DNA of 64,000 bases from an uncultured cyanobacterium (GTDB taxonomy: Bacteria; Cyanobacteriota; Cyanobacteriia; Cyanobacteriales; CAWCAG01). The DNA lies in contig CAWCAG010000009.1 of NCBI GenBank assembly GCA_963793425.1, positions 544,001-608,000 on the forward strand. Reading direction: 5' to 3'. Position 1 is the stretch's first letter, and each line of letters begins with the position of its first letter. Positions 10,340-25,213 of the stretch are shown here, one piece after another. A program made the translations under genes and the position numbers. Under the pieces are notes generated by a model, which worked only from the letters and a program-made list of their open reading frames with translations, did no database searches and was not told the origin of the DNA.

Positions 10340-11674
10340 TTAACCTAATTGTATTCCCCGAATTGAATAATCCAACAATTCCATCGGGTGCATTAACTCT
10401 ATCTCTTTTCCCTGCAAATCGAGGTGTTTTTTAATTTGTAAAGAACAACCAGGATTAGCAGAAGCAATCAACTTCGCACCAGTATTAACTAGATTAGCTA
10501 CTTTTTGCTCCCCTAATTCATCAGCTACTTCTGGTTGAAGCAGATTATAGACTCCGGCACTGCCACAACACAAAGCTGCATCAAGTGGCTCTTTCAGCTT
10601 TACTCCCGGAATTTGTTTTAACAACTGACGGGGTTGCAAGCTAATTTTTTGCCCATGCAACAGATGACAAGCATCTTGGTAAACTAGACTTAACTCTCCA
10701 TTGGTTAAAGGATGCAGTTTCGCTGTTAAACCTACTTCTGCTAAAAATTCCTGTACATCTTTTACTTTAGCCACAAACTCCTGAGCTTTTTGTTGATATT
10801 GTGGGTCTTCTGCTAAAATATGGTCGTATTCTTTCAAAGTATGACCACAACCGGCGGCGTTAATAATTACAGCATCAAGTTCCTCATCCGCAAAACTATC
10901 AATCATTTGTCTTGCTAGAGTTTGTGCTTGAGCCTCTTGCCCTTGGTGGGCAGGTAAAGCTGCACAACAGCCTTGCTTAGAGGGAATTACTACCTCACAG
11001 CCATTAGCTGTTAATACTCTTACCGTTGCAGCATTAACCGGAGAGAAAAACAAACGCTGTACACAACCAAGAATCATACCAACTCGGTAACGCTTTTTCC
11101 CTTGGGCAGGGATAATCTCTGGTAAATTATCTTGAAAAGAATCTAAAGTAATTGTGGGTAAAATCGACTCCATAGCCCCTAAACGAGGTGCTAGCGGTTT
11201 AAGAAAATTAGTAGCGCGAACAAAATTTTGTAAACCAGATTGCTGATACAAATACAAGGGGGCAAGTAAAAAGCGTAAACGCTGCGGATAGGGAAAAAGA
11301 TTAAAAATTAGCTTCCTAATTACTTTGTCTGGCAAACTGCGGGGTTGATTTCTTTCCACTTGAGGGCGAGTAGCCGTAATTAATTTGCCATACTCTACCC
11401 CGGAAGGACAAGTAGAAACACAAGCCAAACATCCTAAGCAAGAATCAAAATGTTGAGAAGTGGCTTCGTTGAGTTTGGCTTGATCTTTATTGATTGCATC
11501 CATCAGATAAATTCTCCCTCGCGGAGAATCCATTTCCTTACCAATGACGCGATAACTAGGACAGGTAGCAAGGCAAAATCCACAGTGAACGCAGCTATCG
11601 ATTAATTCTTGCTTAGGAGGATTTTTAACATCAAAACCGGAGGATGTTGCTGGAGAAGTGTTAGGAGTTTGCAT
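10340..11674 (-). CDS. glcF: Glycolate oxidase iron-sulfur subunit
   Basis: Two 4Fe-4S motifs (CVHCGFCLATCP, CLGCLACVSTCP) and CCG domains (GCCAAL, LCCGSAG). Confidence 0.88.
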   Translation of the reverse strand: MQTPNTSPATSSGFDVKNPPKQELIDSCVHCGFCLATCPSYRVIGKEMDSPRGRIYLMDAINKDQAKLNEATSQHFDSCLGCLACVSTCPSGVEYGKLITATRPQVERNQPRSLPDKVIRKLIFNLFPYPQRLRFLLAPLYLYQQSGLQNFVRATNFLKPLAPRLGAMESILPTITLDSFQDNLPEIIPAQGKKRYRVGMILGCVQRLFFSPVNAATVRVLTANGCEVVIPSKQGCCAALPAHQGQEAQAQTLARQMIDSFADEELDAVIINAAGCGHTLKEYDHILAEDPQYQQKAQEFVAKVKDVQEFLAEVGLTAKLHPLTNGELSLVYQDACHLLHGQKISLQPRQLLKQIPGVKLKEPLDAALCCGSAGVYNLLQPEVADELGEQKVANLVNTGAKLIASANPGCSLQIKKHLDLQGKEIELMHPMELLDYSIRGIQLG

Positions 11675-11772
11675 AATTAGTAATCAGGTATTGTTTATAG
11701 TATTCAACATAATTTGTGAGATAGAAAAAATGATAATCTAAGCAAGTTCGAGCATTCCCAGAACAATATCCC

Positions 11773-12708
11773 ATGACTAACACCTACTCTGTCACCGTAA
11801 TAGTCCCTGCCACCACCGCCAACCTAGGTCCTGGTTTTGACTGCCTCGGTGCTGCTTTAAACTTATATAATCAATTTAAATTTACTAAGTTAGATAAATC
11901 TTCCTCAATTCCTGTAGAAATTATTGTTAAAGGGAAAGAAGCAGATAAAGTCAGTACTAATACCAGTAACTTAGTTTACCAGTCTTTCCTACAACTATAT
12001 CAACACCTTAAAAAACAACCCCCGGCCATTCAAATTGAGATATCCATGCAAGTCCCCTTAGCCAGAGGGTTAGGAAGCTCTGCCACAGCCATAATTGGAG
12101 GCTTAATGGGAGCTAATGAAATAGCAGGAAAAGCCTTGCAATTATCTCAATTAAGAGATTTAGCAATCACCATTGAAGGACATCCTGATAATGTCGTACC
12201 TGCTTTGCTTGGTAATTGTCAATTATCTACCAAAAATGAGCAAGGAGATTGGTCAATTTGTCAACTACCTTGGCATCAAGATATTATCTCTGTCGTCGCC
12301 ATTCCCGACTTTGAACTATCTACAGAAGAAGCAAGAAAAGTTCTTCCGCCTCAAATCAGTTATACCGATGCAATATTCAATATCTCCCGCTTAGGATTAT
12401 TAATTAGGGGGTTTGAGACAGGAAAAGAAGACTGGCTCAAGGTTGGAATGGCTGATAAGCTGCACCAACCCTACCGAAAAAGTTTAATTTGCGGTTATGA
12501 ATCTGTAAAATTTGCTGCTTTACGTGCAGGTGCTTACGGAACAGTGATTAGTGGTGCAGGGCCAACTTTACTTTCATTGACAAACTCCGAAAGGGCAGGA
12601 AGTGTAGTTAGCGCAATGGCTGAAGCTTGGGAAACACAAGGAATTCAAGCCGATGTTAGAGTTTTAAGTATTGATGGAGTAGGAACGGAAATAGTAAAAA
12701 CAAAATAA
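11773..12708 (+). CDS. thrB: Homoserine kinase
   Basis: VPATTANLGPGFD, PLARGLGSSA, EGHPDN and ISGAGPT motifs. Confidence 0.95.
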   Translation: MTNTYSVTVIVPATTANLGPGFDCLGAALNLYNQFKFTKLDKSSSIPVEIIVKGKEADKVSTNTSNLVYQSFLQLYQHLKKQPPAIQIEISMQVPLARGLGSSATAIIGGLMGANEIAGKALQLSQLRDLAITIEGHPDNVVPALLGNCQLSTKNEQGDWSICQLPWHQDIISVVAIPDFELSTEEARKVLPPQISYTDAIFNISRLGLLIRGFETGKEDWLKVGMADKLHQPYRKSLICGYESVKFAALRAGAYGTVISGAGPTLLSLTNSERAGSVVSAMAEAWETQGIQADVRVLSIDGVGTEIVKTK

Positions 12709-12739
12709 GGCTCTCCTTAAATTCAGAAGAGCCTTATTT
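12703..12739. terminator. Bidirectional hairpin terminator between thrB and the rrn operon
   Basis: AAATAAGGCTCT...AGAGCCTTATTT inverted repeat. Confidence 0.7.
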
Positions 12740-12752
12740 ATTCAAAAAAAGA

Positions 12753-12871
12753 GCCTGGCGAAGAGCTATTGTCCCAGGAGGCAACCCTCAAAGTATCGTC
12801 GCCGCAACAGAGTTTCACAGTCGAGTTCGGGATGGAATCGAAGTGGAGCCACTGCACTAAATACACCAAGC
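12753..12871 (-). rRNA. rrf: 5S rRNA
   Basis: Minus strand ...CATCCCGAACTCGACTGTGAAAC...TCGCCAGG; lies just downstream of 23S; ends approximate. Confidence 0.93.
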
Positions 12872-12934
12872 AAGAAATGGAAATGCTGTGTAGAGAAGCA
12901 AAACCCTCAAGACTGCAAAGAAACAAGTAGAAGA

Positions 12935-15771
<2,837 letters not shown>

Positions 15772-15980
15772 TTGTAGCTTGAAATTTGAAGATACGTTAT
15801 GTAAATACTTTCTGTTTTTAGCAAACAGGGTATTTACTTACTACCTCTATTCTTTCTGCTTTCTACCTGTTTCTTATGCAGTTTTCAAGGTTCTAACTGG
15901 ATAGATTTATCCAGCAGGCTCTCTATGCTCAGATACTGAGTATTAGACAAGTTGCTGAATTAAGCTTAATCCTTCTTTAT

Positions 15981-16056
15981 TGGTGGAGGTAAGCGGACTT
16001 GAACCGCTGACATCCTGCTTGCAAAGCAGGCGCTCTACCAACTGAGCTATACCCCC
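15981..16056 (-). tRNA. tRNA-Ala(TGC), CCA encoded
   Basis: GGGGGTATAGCTCAGTTGGTAGAGCGCCTGCTTTGCAAGCAGG...CCTCCACCA in the ITS. Confidence 0.96.
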
Positions 16057-16068
16057 AATTCAAATTGG

Positions 16069-16145
<77 letters not shown>

Positions 16146-16269
16146 TTTGTTTAGTTCACCTGAACTCTAGTTTGAAAGCTTTACTACGCCCATTTCCTCC
16201 GAACGACCTTGGGATTGTTTTCAATCTCTTAATAACAATTGGGTTAAGAGCTGAAAACTGGTCTCCCTA

Positions 16270-17757
<1,488 letters not shown>

Positions 17758-17967
17758 TGTGGTTTGAGTTCTTTAGCTCTTTTTCGCAACTGCAAACTAA
17801 ATAGCTTGAGTTACTGTTTTATTATTTCTTTGACGAAGGTTGTTCGCAATCTATTTAAGCTCTCTTCAAAGCTTAATAGTTACTTGGTTTCGTATTACTT
17901 TCAAACTATTGTTTTTTCCAGGTGCTGGCGCTGAAAGAAGCGTGCCTCTCTCAACCGCGCATTTACC

Positions 17968-17996
17968 AATATACTCACCCTTTTATTGTTTGTCAA
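17968..17996 (-). promoter_or_regulatory. rrn sigma70-type promoter
   Basis: TTGACA-N17-TATATT on the minus strand, about 210 nt upstream of 16S; boxA-like GCACCTGGAAAA downstream. Confidence 0.8.
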
Positions 17997-18100
17997 TACT
18001 TCTGAAGAAAATAATTCGGATACCTTATACCGAAACGGACTGTACTCTTCTGGACAAGAGACTTTCAGGATTTGAAAAAAGGTGAGTTCATCTTCATACT

Positions 18101-18955
18101 TTATTCTTTCTCAGCCGATAAACGATTTAATTCTGACTGCATGGTTGTCTCTACCAAGTTGTAGCATTCATCGACATAAGTACGATTACGAGCGGATTCT
18201 CTACCATAGTGCTTGAAGACGATCGGAGAGCAAATACGGGTGTGGATTTTGGCTGGCAAGGGAATATTGGGTAGAGGACCAATAGATAATCCCCACGGTA
18301 GCCCTAAATAAATAGGAAAAACTTCTGGATCGATCCCCAAAATCCAAGGCAGACCCAACTGATGTAATTTTTCTACCTGTTTGTAGAAATCCCCAAGTAT
18401 AAAGAGGGTATCGTGAGCGCCTATAGAAATAGCGGGTATGATGGCAACTTCTTCTCGCAGTGCTAGCTTAATGAAGGCTTTGCGCCCAGCAAAATTGATT
18501 TTATTTCTCTGACTGTAGGGACGGAAGAGATCCTGAGCGCCTCCTGGATAGACTAGTACGCTAGCATCTTTCTTCAATGCAGCGATCGCCATTTGAGGAT
18601 GAGCGATTATTGCTCCAGTTTTAGCAGCCAGTTGGGTAACTCCTGGATAAACCTGCCAAGCAATAGGGTGCATTAATCCATAAATGAGACGTTTTGTACC
18701 AAAGCGGCAGAACCAGTCATACATCATCATCATCATGTCCGGAGAAGCCAAGCCGCCATTGTGGGAACCAACGAACAAGAATTTACCTTGGTTGGGAATA
18801 TTTTCCCAGCCATCAGTTTCTACTCGAAAGTAGTAACGATAAAACCATTCCCAAAAAGGCATTAAAGAAGCAATTACTTGGGAATCTCTTTGATCTAAAG
18901 ACCAGCCAGGACTACTTTTAGTTACTTTCTGGCGCGAATTTTTTTTGTTTGTCAC
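18101..18955 (-). CDS. Lysophospholipid/glycerol acyltransferase family protein
   Basis: VGSHNGG...D and VLVYPGG motifs. Confidence 0.85.
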   Translation of the reverse strand: MTNKKNSRQKVTKSSPGWSLDQRDSQVIASLMPFWEWFYRYYFRVETDGWENIPNQGKFLFVGSHNGGLASPDMMMMMYDWFCRFGTKRLIYGLMHPIAWQVYPGVTQLAAKTGAIIAHPQMAIAALKKDASVLVYPGGAQDLFRPYSQRNKINFAGRKAFIKLALREEVAIIPAISIGAHDTLFILGDFYKQVEKLHQLGLPWILGIDPEVFPIYLGLPWGLSIGPLPNIPLPAKIHTRICSPIVFKHYGRESARNRTYVDECYNLVETTMQSELNRLSAEKE

Positions 18956-18983
18956 TGAAGTAATTAATCTCGCTATAACTCAA

Positions 18984-19883
18984 CTAAACAGACTTAGGCT
19001 GCAAATCATCTATTAGCTTGGCTAAGTCTTCTTCAGTGGCATGATAAACTTCCCCACAGAAATGGCAAGTAGCTTCTGCACCACTATCTTTTTCTATCAT
19101 GTCCTGAAGTTCTTCAACTCCCAACATTTTTAGAGTGCCTAGAACTCTCTTGAAAGAACAACGGCAGCTAAAATGTACCATCTGTACTTCTGGGAATATT
19201 TTTAGCCCCATATCTCCTAATAAATCTTGGAAAATTTCTGGTATGGTTTTGCCCATCTTTAGCAAGGGCGTGAAACCAGAAAGCTGGGAAAATCGAGATT
19301 CTAGTTGAGCAACCAACTCTTCGTCTCTAGCGGCTTTAGGCATCACTTGCAAAAGTATTCCTCCAGAAGCTGTAGCTCCTTGGGCGTTGACAAAGACTCC
19401 TACTAAAAGCGCAGAAGGGGTTTGTTCAGAACTTACTAAATAGTGAGTAATATCATCACCAATTTCACCAGAAACTAGCTCTACAGTACTGGAGTAAGGG
19501 TAGCCATAACCAACATCACGTACTACATAAAGGTAGCCTTCTTTGCCGACAGCACCACCAACATCAAGCTTACCTTTGTGGTTAGGTGGTAACTCGATTT
19601 TTGGGTTATCTACGTAGCCTCGCACTGTACCATCTAATCCAGCATCGACTAAAATTCCTCCTAATGGCCCATTACTTTTTATACGAATGTTAACCCTAGA
19701 ACCTTCTCGCTTCATGCTGGAGGCAAGTAAAAGTCCAGCAGACATAGTTCGTCCTAAAGCTGCCGTCGCAACATTGGAAAGTTGATGCCGTCTCCTAGCT
19801 TTGTTGGTAAGGCTGGTGGCAATTACACCAACAGCCCTTATGCCCCCATCTGCCGCAGTAGCCCGAATTAATTGATCTGCCAT
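18984..19883 (-). CDS. hslO: Hsp33 redox-regulated chaperone
   Basis: ALGRTM, SGEIGDD and SEQTPS motifs; Zn ligands CRCS and CHFC. Confidence 0.95.
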   Translation of the reverse strand: MADQLIRATAADGGIRAVGVIATSLTNKARRRHQLSNVATAALGRTMSAGLLLASSMKREGSRVNIRIKSNGPLGGILVDAGLDGTVRGYVDNPKIELPPNHKGKLDVGGAVGKEGYLYVVRDVGYGYPYSSTVELVSGEIGDDITHYLVSSEQTPSALLVGVFVNAQGATASGGILLQVMPKAARDEELVAQLESRFSQLSGFTPLLKMGKTIPEIFQDLLGDMGLKIFPEVQMVHFSCRCSFKRVLGTLKMLGVEELQDMIEKDSGAEATCHFCGEVYHATEEDLAKLIDDLQPKSV

Positions 19884-19939
19884 TACATTTTTAAATATAT
19901 CTTTGCTTCTATTTTAAGACGATATGCAAAGAAATATGA

Positions 19940-19968
19940 AGTAGAGACGTCATCCCACCGTCTCTACT
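19940..19968. repeat. GTAG-family REP-like palindrome
   Basis: AGTAGAGACG-TCATCCCAC-CGTCTCTACT just downstream of prs. Confidence 0.6.
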
Positions 19969-19974
19969 CCTCAG

Positions 19975-20967
19975 TTAACGGAACATACTGCTCACAGAGC
20001 TATCTTCATGAACACGCCAGATAGTTTCCCCCAATAAGTTAGCTACAGAAAGTATTTTTAACTGCTCAAACTTTTGGGATTCTGGCAAAGGAATTGTATT
20101 AGTAACAATTACTTCTTCAAAAGTTCCATCAGACAATCGACTTATAGCAGGAGGAGAAAAGACAGCATGGGTAGCACAAGCATAAATTTGGCGGGCTCCT
20201 TCTTTCCGCAAAAGTCTAGCTGCTTCGCAGATGGTTCCAGCCGTATCTATCATGTCATCTACTAAAACTGCTGTTTTACCGGCTACGTCACCGATAACAT
20301 TCATAACTTCGGCCACGTTATGGGCTTGGCGACGCTTGTCGATAATAGCTAAAGGCGCATCATTTAGCTTTTTAGCAAAGGCCCTAGCCCTAGCGACACC
20401 TCCTACGTCAGGAGAAACTACTACTAAGTCGGGTAAATTTTTGCTGGCTAAATAATCTAAGAGTACAGGAGAGCCATAGACATGATCCAAAGGAATGTCA
20501 AAGTAACCTTGAATTTGGGAAGAATGCAAATCCATAGCTACAATACGATTAGCCCCCGACTCTGTAACTAAGTTAGCTACTAATTTAGCGGTGATGGATT
20601 CACGACCAGCAGTTTTCCGGTCAGCCCTTGCATAACCATAATAAGGAATTACTGCCGTAATTTGGCGTGCTGAAGCCCGACGGCAGGCATCAATCATAAT
20701 TAGTAATTCCATTAAGTGGTCGTTAACGGGATAACAACAAGGTTGTATTAAATAAACATCGCATCCCCTAATAGATTCTTGAATTTGAACATATAGTTCT
20801 CCATCAGCGAATCGTTTGCGGATCATTGGTCCTAAATCCATGCCCAAATAGCGAGCCACTTCTCGTGAAAGAACTAGATTGGAAGAACCGGAAAATAATC
20901 GCAGACGATTGTTATCAGAAAGGGATGCCAGGGTTGGGTGAAGTGGTAATGTTGCAGAATGGCTCAC
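19975..20967 (-). CDS. prs: Ribose-phosphate pyrophosphokinase
   Basis: RFADGE, PYYGYARADRK, VVSPDVGG and VDDMIDTAGT motifs. Confidence 0.96.
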   Translation of the reverse strand: MSHSATLPLHPTLASLSDNNRLRLFSGSSNLVLSREVARYLGMDLGPMIRKRFADGELYVQIQESIRGCDVYLIQPCCYPVNDHLMELLIMIDACRRASARQITAVIPYYGYARADRKTAGRESITAKLVANLVTESGANRIVAMDLHSSQIQGYFDIPLDHVYGSPVLLDYLASKNLPDLVVVSPDVGGVARARAFAKKLNDAPLAIIDKRRQAHNVAEVMNVIGDVAGKTAVLVDDMIDTAGTICEAARLLRKEGARQIYACATHAVFSPPAISRLSDGTFEEVIVTNTIPLPESQKFEQLKILSVANLLGETIWRVHEDSSVSSMFR

Positions 20968-21312
20968 AACAGACTCTTGAACCTCAATTCATTACAGTTT
21001 TACCATCGTAACCAATAACGTTTGGCAAAAATATTATCTTTAAAAGATATACCAAGCTCTAAGAGGACTTAAATAGGGAAGAATGTTAATTTAGATTAAC
21101 CATACTGAAGTAATCTTTATCAGGGAAAGCGGTGTTTTGCCCCTAATAATCTTAAGCTTCAAAAAATTCCCGCTACCTTTTATGATTATGGCGATACAGG
21201 ATTTTATTAATATCCTCAGCAAAAAAATAATAATTTACTAACTTTACTAAGGAGAGCGCATCTTACCCTCTAGCTTTAAATAAGGGATATCTGATGCAAA
21301 AAAATATAACCT

Positions 21313-23058
21313 ATGTCAGAAATACAAACACCTATTTCTCCGGATACGTTACTAAATAATCGTTATCGCGTAACTAGAGTTCTTGGTCAAGGAGGTTTTG
21401 CTCGTACCTACCTGGCTGAAGATGAAGGACGTTTTAATGAGTCTTGTGTACTTAAGGAGTTGATTCCTAACCAAGACTCAGAGTACGTTTTAGAAAAATC
21501 GCGGGAATTATTTCAAAGAGAAGCAACAACACTCTATCAAATTCAACATCCCCAAGTTCCTCAATTTCGCTCTACTTTTGAAGAAGATGGGCGCTTATTT
21601 TTTGTGCAAGATTATGTTGAAGGTAAAACTTATCGGGAGTTGCTGGGGGAGAGGCGATCGCGAGGACAAACCTTCTCAGAAGCAGAGGTTTTAGATACGT
21701 TACAGCAGCTTTTGCCAGTTCTTTCCTATATTCACAATAAAGGGATTATTCACCGAGATATTGCTCCGGATAATATTATTTTGCCCGATGCTCCCATTGC
21801 GACAAATGAAGCAGGGCAGCAAATTAGTTTACCTGTTTTGATTGATTTTGGTGTGGTTAAACAGTTAGCTACTCAATTTCAATCGGAAGATATTAATGCC
21901 ATTCCTACGACAGTGGGTAAGTTAGGTTATGCTCCTCCAGAACAAATTCAAAGAGGGCAGGCATATCCTAGTAGTGATCTTTATTCCCTGGCTGTGACAG
22001 CAATAGTTATGCTCACAGGGAAACCTCCTAGTGAGTTATATGATGATGTTCAGTTAAGTTGGAACTGGCGAACCGGAGCAGGAACAGATGAGCAATTTGC
22101 TAATGTTTTGAACCGGATGTTAGCCCATCAACCAGGGGATCGCTATCAATCAGCAGATGAAGTTTTTCAAGCCCTAGCCGCTATTTCTAGCCCCACAACT
22201 ACAACGATCCTTACCCCCCCACCTCAACCAGCTCAAGAGCATCCAGAATTAAGGGGAGTTTCTCAAGCAGAAACTGTTGCAGTAGGACAACCTTTACCTC
22301 CAACTTCAGTAACTGCTCCTTCTAGTGGTAGGGATGATGATCCCCCAGCTATTATTCCTAGTGAAGGTGATGACTCTTTTTGGGAAAATCCTTTGGCTAT
22401 AGCTGGGGCAACTTTGCTGATTGCCGTAGCAGTGGGATTGATATCTTGGCTGATAGTGAGGTCGATTTTTGGTTCTGATAATGAAGAAATAACTCCTAGT
22501 CCTACTGTTTCTCCTACAGCAACTCAGACTCCTGATGTAAAAAAGGAACTTCTCAATATTGGGGCTGGTGGAGTGTTTTCTACTCAAGGGCGTTTGGAAC
22601 CTAATCAAATCTTAGATTACATTGTCCCAGCCCAAGCTAACCAAGTTTTGATTGTTACCGTTAGTAGTCCAGGGGTTTTGATGTCTGTATTTGAGCCTAA
22701 TGGTACTTTAGTAGCACCTGGGGCCCAAGGAGTTAAAAGCTGGCAAGGGCAGCTTACTGCTTCTGGTAATTATATTGTTCGCCTAGAACCAGTGGCGGGA
22801 TTACAGGATGAACAATACGATTATCAACTCAATATCCGTTTACAACAAATAGCAGTACCAACCCCAGCACCCACACCCGCGCCTACCCCAACACCCGCGC
22901 CTACACCAACACCCGCGCCTACACCAACCCCAACTCCAGCACCAACTCCAACCCCAACACCCGCGCCTACACCAACACCCGCGCCTACACCAACCCCAAC
23001 TCCAGCACCAACTCCGACACCGACTCCTCCAGCTACGCCAACTCCAACAGGGAACTAA
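21313..23058 (+). CDS. Membrane Ser/Thr protein kinase with extracytoplasmic domain and (PT/PA)n tail
   Basis: [27 protein letters not shown] and GYAPPEQ motifs; TM near aa 362-385. Confidence 0.92.
   Translation: MSEIQTPISPDTLLNNRYRVTRVLGQGGFARTYLAEDEGRFNESCVLKELIPNQDSEYVLEKSRELFQREATTLYQIQHPQVPQFRSTFEEDGRLFFVQDYVEGKTYRELLGERRSRGQTFSEAEVLDTLQQLLPVLSYIHNKGIIHRDIAPDNIILPDAPIATNEAGQQISLPVLIDFGVVKQLATQFQSEDINAIPTTVGKLGYAPPEQIQRGQAYPSSDLYSLAVTAIVMLTGKPPSELYDDVQLSWNWRTGAGTDEQFANVLNRMLAHQPGDRYQSADEVFQALAAISSPTTTTILTPPPQPAQEHPELRGVSQAETVAVGQPLPPTSVTAPSSGRDDDPPAIIPSEGDDSFWENPLAIAGATLLIAVAVGLISWLIVRSIFGSDNEEITPSPTVSPTATQTPDVKKELLNIGAGGVFSTQGRLEPNQILDYIVPAQANQVLIVTVSSPGVLMSVFEPNGTLVAPGAQGVKSWQGQLTASGNYIVRLEPVAGLQDEQYDYQLNIRLQQIAVPTPAPTPAPTPTPAPTPTPAPTPTPTPAPTPTPTPAPTPTPAPTPTPTPAPTPTPTPPATPTPTGN
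22858..23049 (+). repeat. Coding Pro-Thr/Pro-Ala tandem repeat
   Basis: Repeated ACACCCGCGCCTACACCA / ACCCCAACTCCAGCACCA units encoding (PTPTPA)n. Confidence 0.9.
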
Positions 23059-23112
23059 GCTAGTACCTGAGTCATAAGCCAAAACCCAATAATCAGCAAC
23101 TAATAATTTTTG

Positions 23113-23787
23113 ATGGCTAATTTACTGATAACAGGGACTGATACAGAAGTAGGCAAGACAGTTTTGACTACTTGTTTGGTTGCTTACTGGGAAAAATATC
23201 GTTCCCTAGATAAGTTAGGGTTGATGAAACTGGTACAAACGGGAATAGGCGATCGCGAGTTGTACCAACAGCTTTTTTCTTTATCCCAGTCTCCTGAAGA
23301 AGTTGCTCCTTTGTGTTTTGATACTCCTGTTGCCCCTCCCATAGCCGCAGCAAGAGAGGGGAAAGAAGTTGATCTGGCTAAGGTATGGCAAAATTTTAAC
23401 CATTTACAACAACAGCGAGATTTGGTGATTGTGGAAGCTTTGGGAGGCTTGGGATCACCAGTTACTTCCGAATTGGTTGTGGCGGATCTGGCTAGGGATT
23501 GGGGTTTATCTACGGTGTTAGTAGTTCCGGTTAAGTTAGGGGCGATCGCCCAAACTGTGGCAAATGTGGCTTTAGCTAAACAATTTGGTGTTCATCTTAA
23601 AGGAATTGTTCTTAATTGTCGAGAATCAGGTACGGAGGAAAAGTTGGCAGATTGGACACCAATTGATTTAATTCAATCCTTAACTAATCTTCCTGTGTTG
23701 GGATTGTTGCCTCATTTAGCTGATCCCCAAGCTAAGGATAAACTGGTTCAGGTAGCTGCTAATTTAGAGTTAGAGTATTTGATTTAA
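23113..23787 (+). CDS. bioD: Dethiobiotin synthase
   Basis: ITGTDTEVGKT and VEALGGLGSP motifs. Confidence 0.93.
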   Translation: MANLLITGTDTEVGKTVLTTCLVAYWEKYRSLDKLGLMKLVQTGIGDRELYQQLFSLSQSPEEVAPLCFDTPVAPPIAAAREGKEVDLAKVWQNFNHLQQQRDLVIVEALGGLGSPVTSELVVADLARDWGLSTVLVVPVKLGAIAQTVANVALAKQFGVHLKGIVLNCRESGTEEKLADWTPIDLIQSLTNLPVLGLLPHLADPQAKDKLVQVAANLELEYLI

Positions 23788-23817
23788 AGATTAATTCTTA
23801 AGTAAAGCATTTAGTTT

Positions 23818-24879
23818 TTAAAAACGCTCTCCGGTTTTTATATCAAACCAGTGAAGCTGCTTTTTCGGGACAGATAGATTTAAGATATTTCCTTCCCATT
23901 GATAATCTGCCGGAACTAAAGTTCTTATAGTTGTATCAGAACCTTGTACTTTGAGGCTAAGCAAGTTTTCTTTGCCTAGTCCTTCGACTAAAAATACTTC
24001 TCCTTGTATAGTTAAGGATTCCTCTGCTAGATTAATGCCAATGTCTTCAGGACGAATACCTAAAACCACTTGGGCTGGTTTTATTTCTAATTCTGGTAAA
24101 GGAATTTTCAAATCTCCTAAAATGGCAAAATCTCCTTCGCACAAAAGAGTTAAGAGATTCATTTGAGGACTGCCTACGAAACCAGCGACAAATTGGTTAG
24201 CGGGATGGCTATAAATGCGACTGGGAGGATCAAGTTGTTGCACTAAACCATCAAGTAATACAGCGACTTTACTCGATAAAGTCATGGCTTCAGTTTGATC
24301 GTGGGTAACGTAAACGACAGGCTTGTTTTGTTCTTTAAATAACTGTTTTAAATCCGCTCGTACTTGTTCCCGTAACAAAGCATCTAAATTACTTAACGGC
24401 TCATCTAATAAAAATACATCAGGGTTACGCACTAAAGCACGGGCTAAAGCAACCCTTTGTCTTTGTCCCCCAGAAAGTTGTCCTGGTTTTCTCTCTAATA
24501 AGTTTTCTAAACCCAGTTTATAAGCTGCTTCTGTGACTCGATTTTTGATTTCCTCTGAGGGGATTTTTCTTAACTTTAAAGCTGCACCAATATTTTCAGC
24601 AACACTCATATGGGGATACAGGGCATAGCTTTGAAACACCATAGCTATGTTGCGATCGCCTGGGGCAATTTTGTTAACATTCCGACTGCCAATAACGACA
24701 TTTCCCTGGGTAGGGGGCTCTAAGCCAGCAATTAAGCGTAGTAAGGTAGATTTACCACAGCCTGAAGGGCCAAGAAGAGTCAGAAATTCTCCGTCTTCTA
24801 CGTTGATGCTAATATCTTTAACAGGAACAACATTAGTAGCGTATTCTTTTCTTAAATTTTGTATTTCTAATTTAGACAC
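23818..24879 (-). CDS. Carbohydrate ABC transporter ATP-binding protein (MalK-like)
   Basis: GPSGCGKS, VFQSYALYPHM, LSGGQRQR, LLDEPLSNLD and VTHDQ motifs; TOBE tail. Confidence 0.92.
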   Translation of the reverse strand: MSKLEIQNLRKEYATNVVPVKDISINVEDGEFLTLLGPSGCGKSTLLRLIAGLEPPTQGNVVIGSRNVNKIAPGDRNIAMVFQSYALYPHMSVAENIGAALKLRKIPSEEIKNRVTEAAYKLGLENLLERKPGQLSGGQRQRVALARALVRNPDVFLLDEPLSNLDALLREQVRADLKQLFKEQNKPVVYVTHDQTEAMTLSSKVAVLLDGLVQQLDPPSRIYSHPANQFVAGFVGSPQMNLLTLLCEGDFAILGDLKIPLPELEIKPAQVVLGIRPEDIGINLAEESLTIQGEVFLVEGLGKENLLSLKVQGSDTTIRTLVPADYQWEGNILNLSVPKKQLHWFDIKTGERF

Positions 24880-24906
24880 AATTATTTCTTTTTTAAATGA
24901 CTATTT

Positions 24907-25122
24907 TTAATGAGCAGATGCTGTAAAAACAACTTGATAAAGATGATGTTCATTTTCAGCAATACCTTCCCAATAGGGAGCTTCTTTACCAAAGCCAGGT
25001 TGTTGCTTGACTATTTCTAAAAACTCGGCGATCGCATCTAACAATTCTTGCTGTTGTTTTGGTTCAACAGTGAAAATAATAATTACGGTAATAACTTCGT
25101 TATTGACAGCAATCGTGGGCAT
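24907..25122 (-). pseudogene. Antibiotic biosynthesis monooxygenase (ABM) family remnant, probable internal deletion
   Basis: IFTVEPKQQQELL...QQPGF is an ABM N-terminal half; ORF is only 71 aa and lacks the central NYAQW-type segment. Confidence 0.5.
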
Positions 25123-25213
25123 AACGACTTTCCCTTAAGAGGGTGTGATTTTCTCTACTCTCTATATTAGAATCCAGGAGAGCAAAATTAATTACGCTTT
25201 TGTAAAGTAATTT

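Noticed and set aside
22840..23082. Cys/Trp/Arg-rich 80-aa ORF resembling a RiPP or metallothionein
   Set aside because: It is the antisense reading of the kinase Pro-Thr repeat
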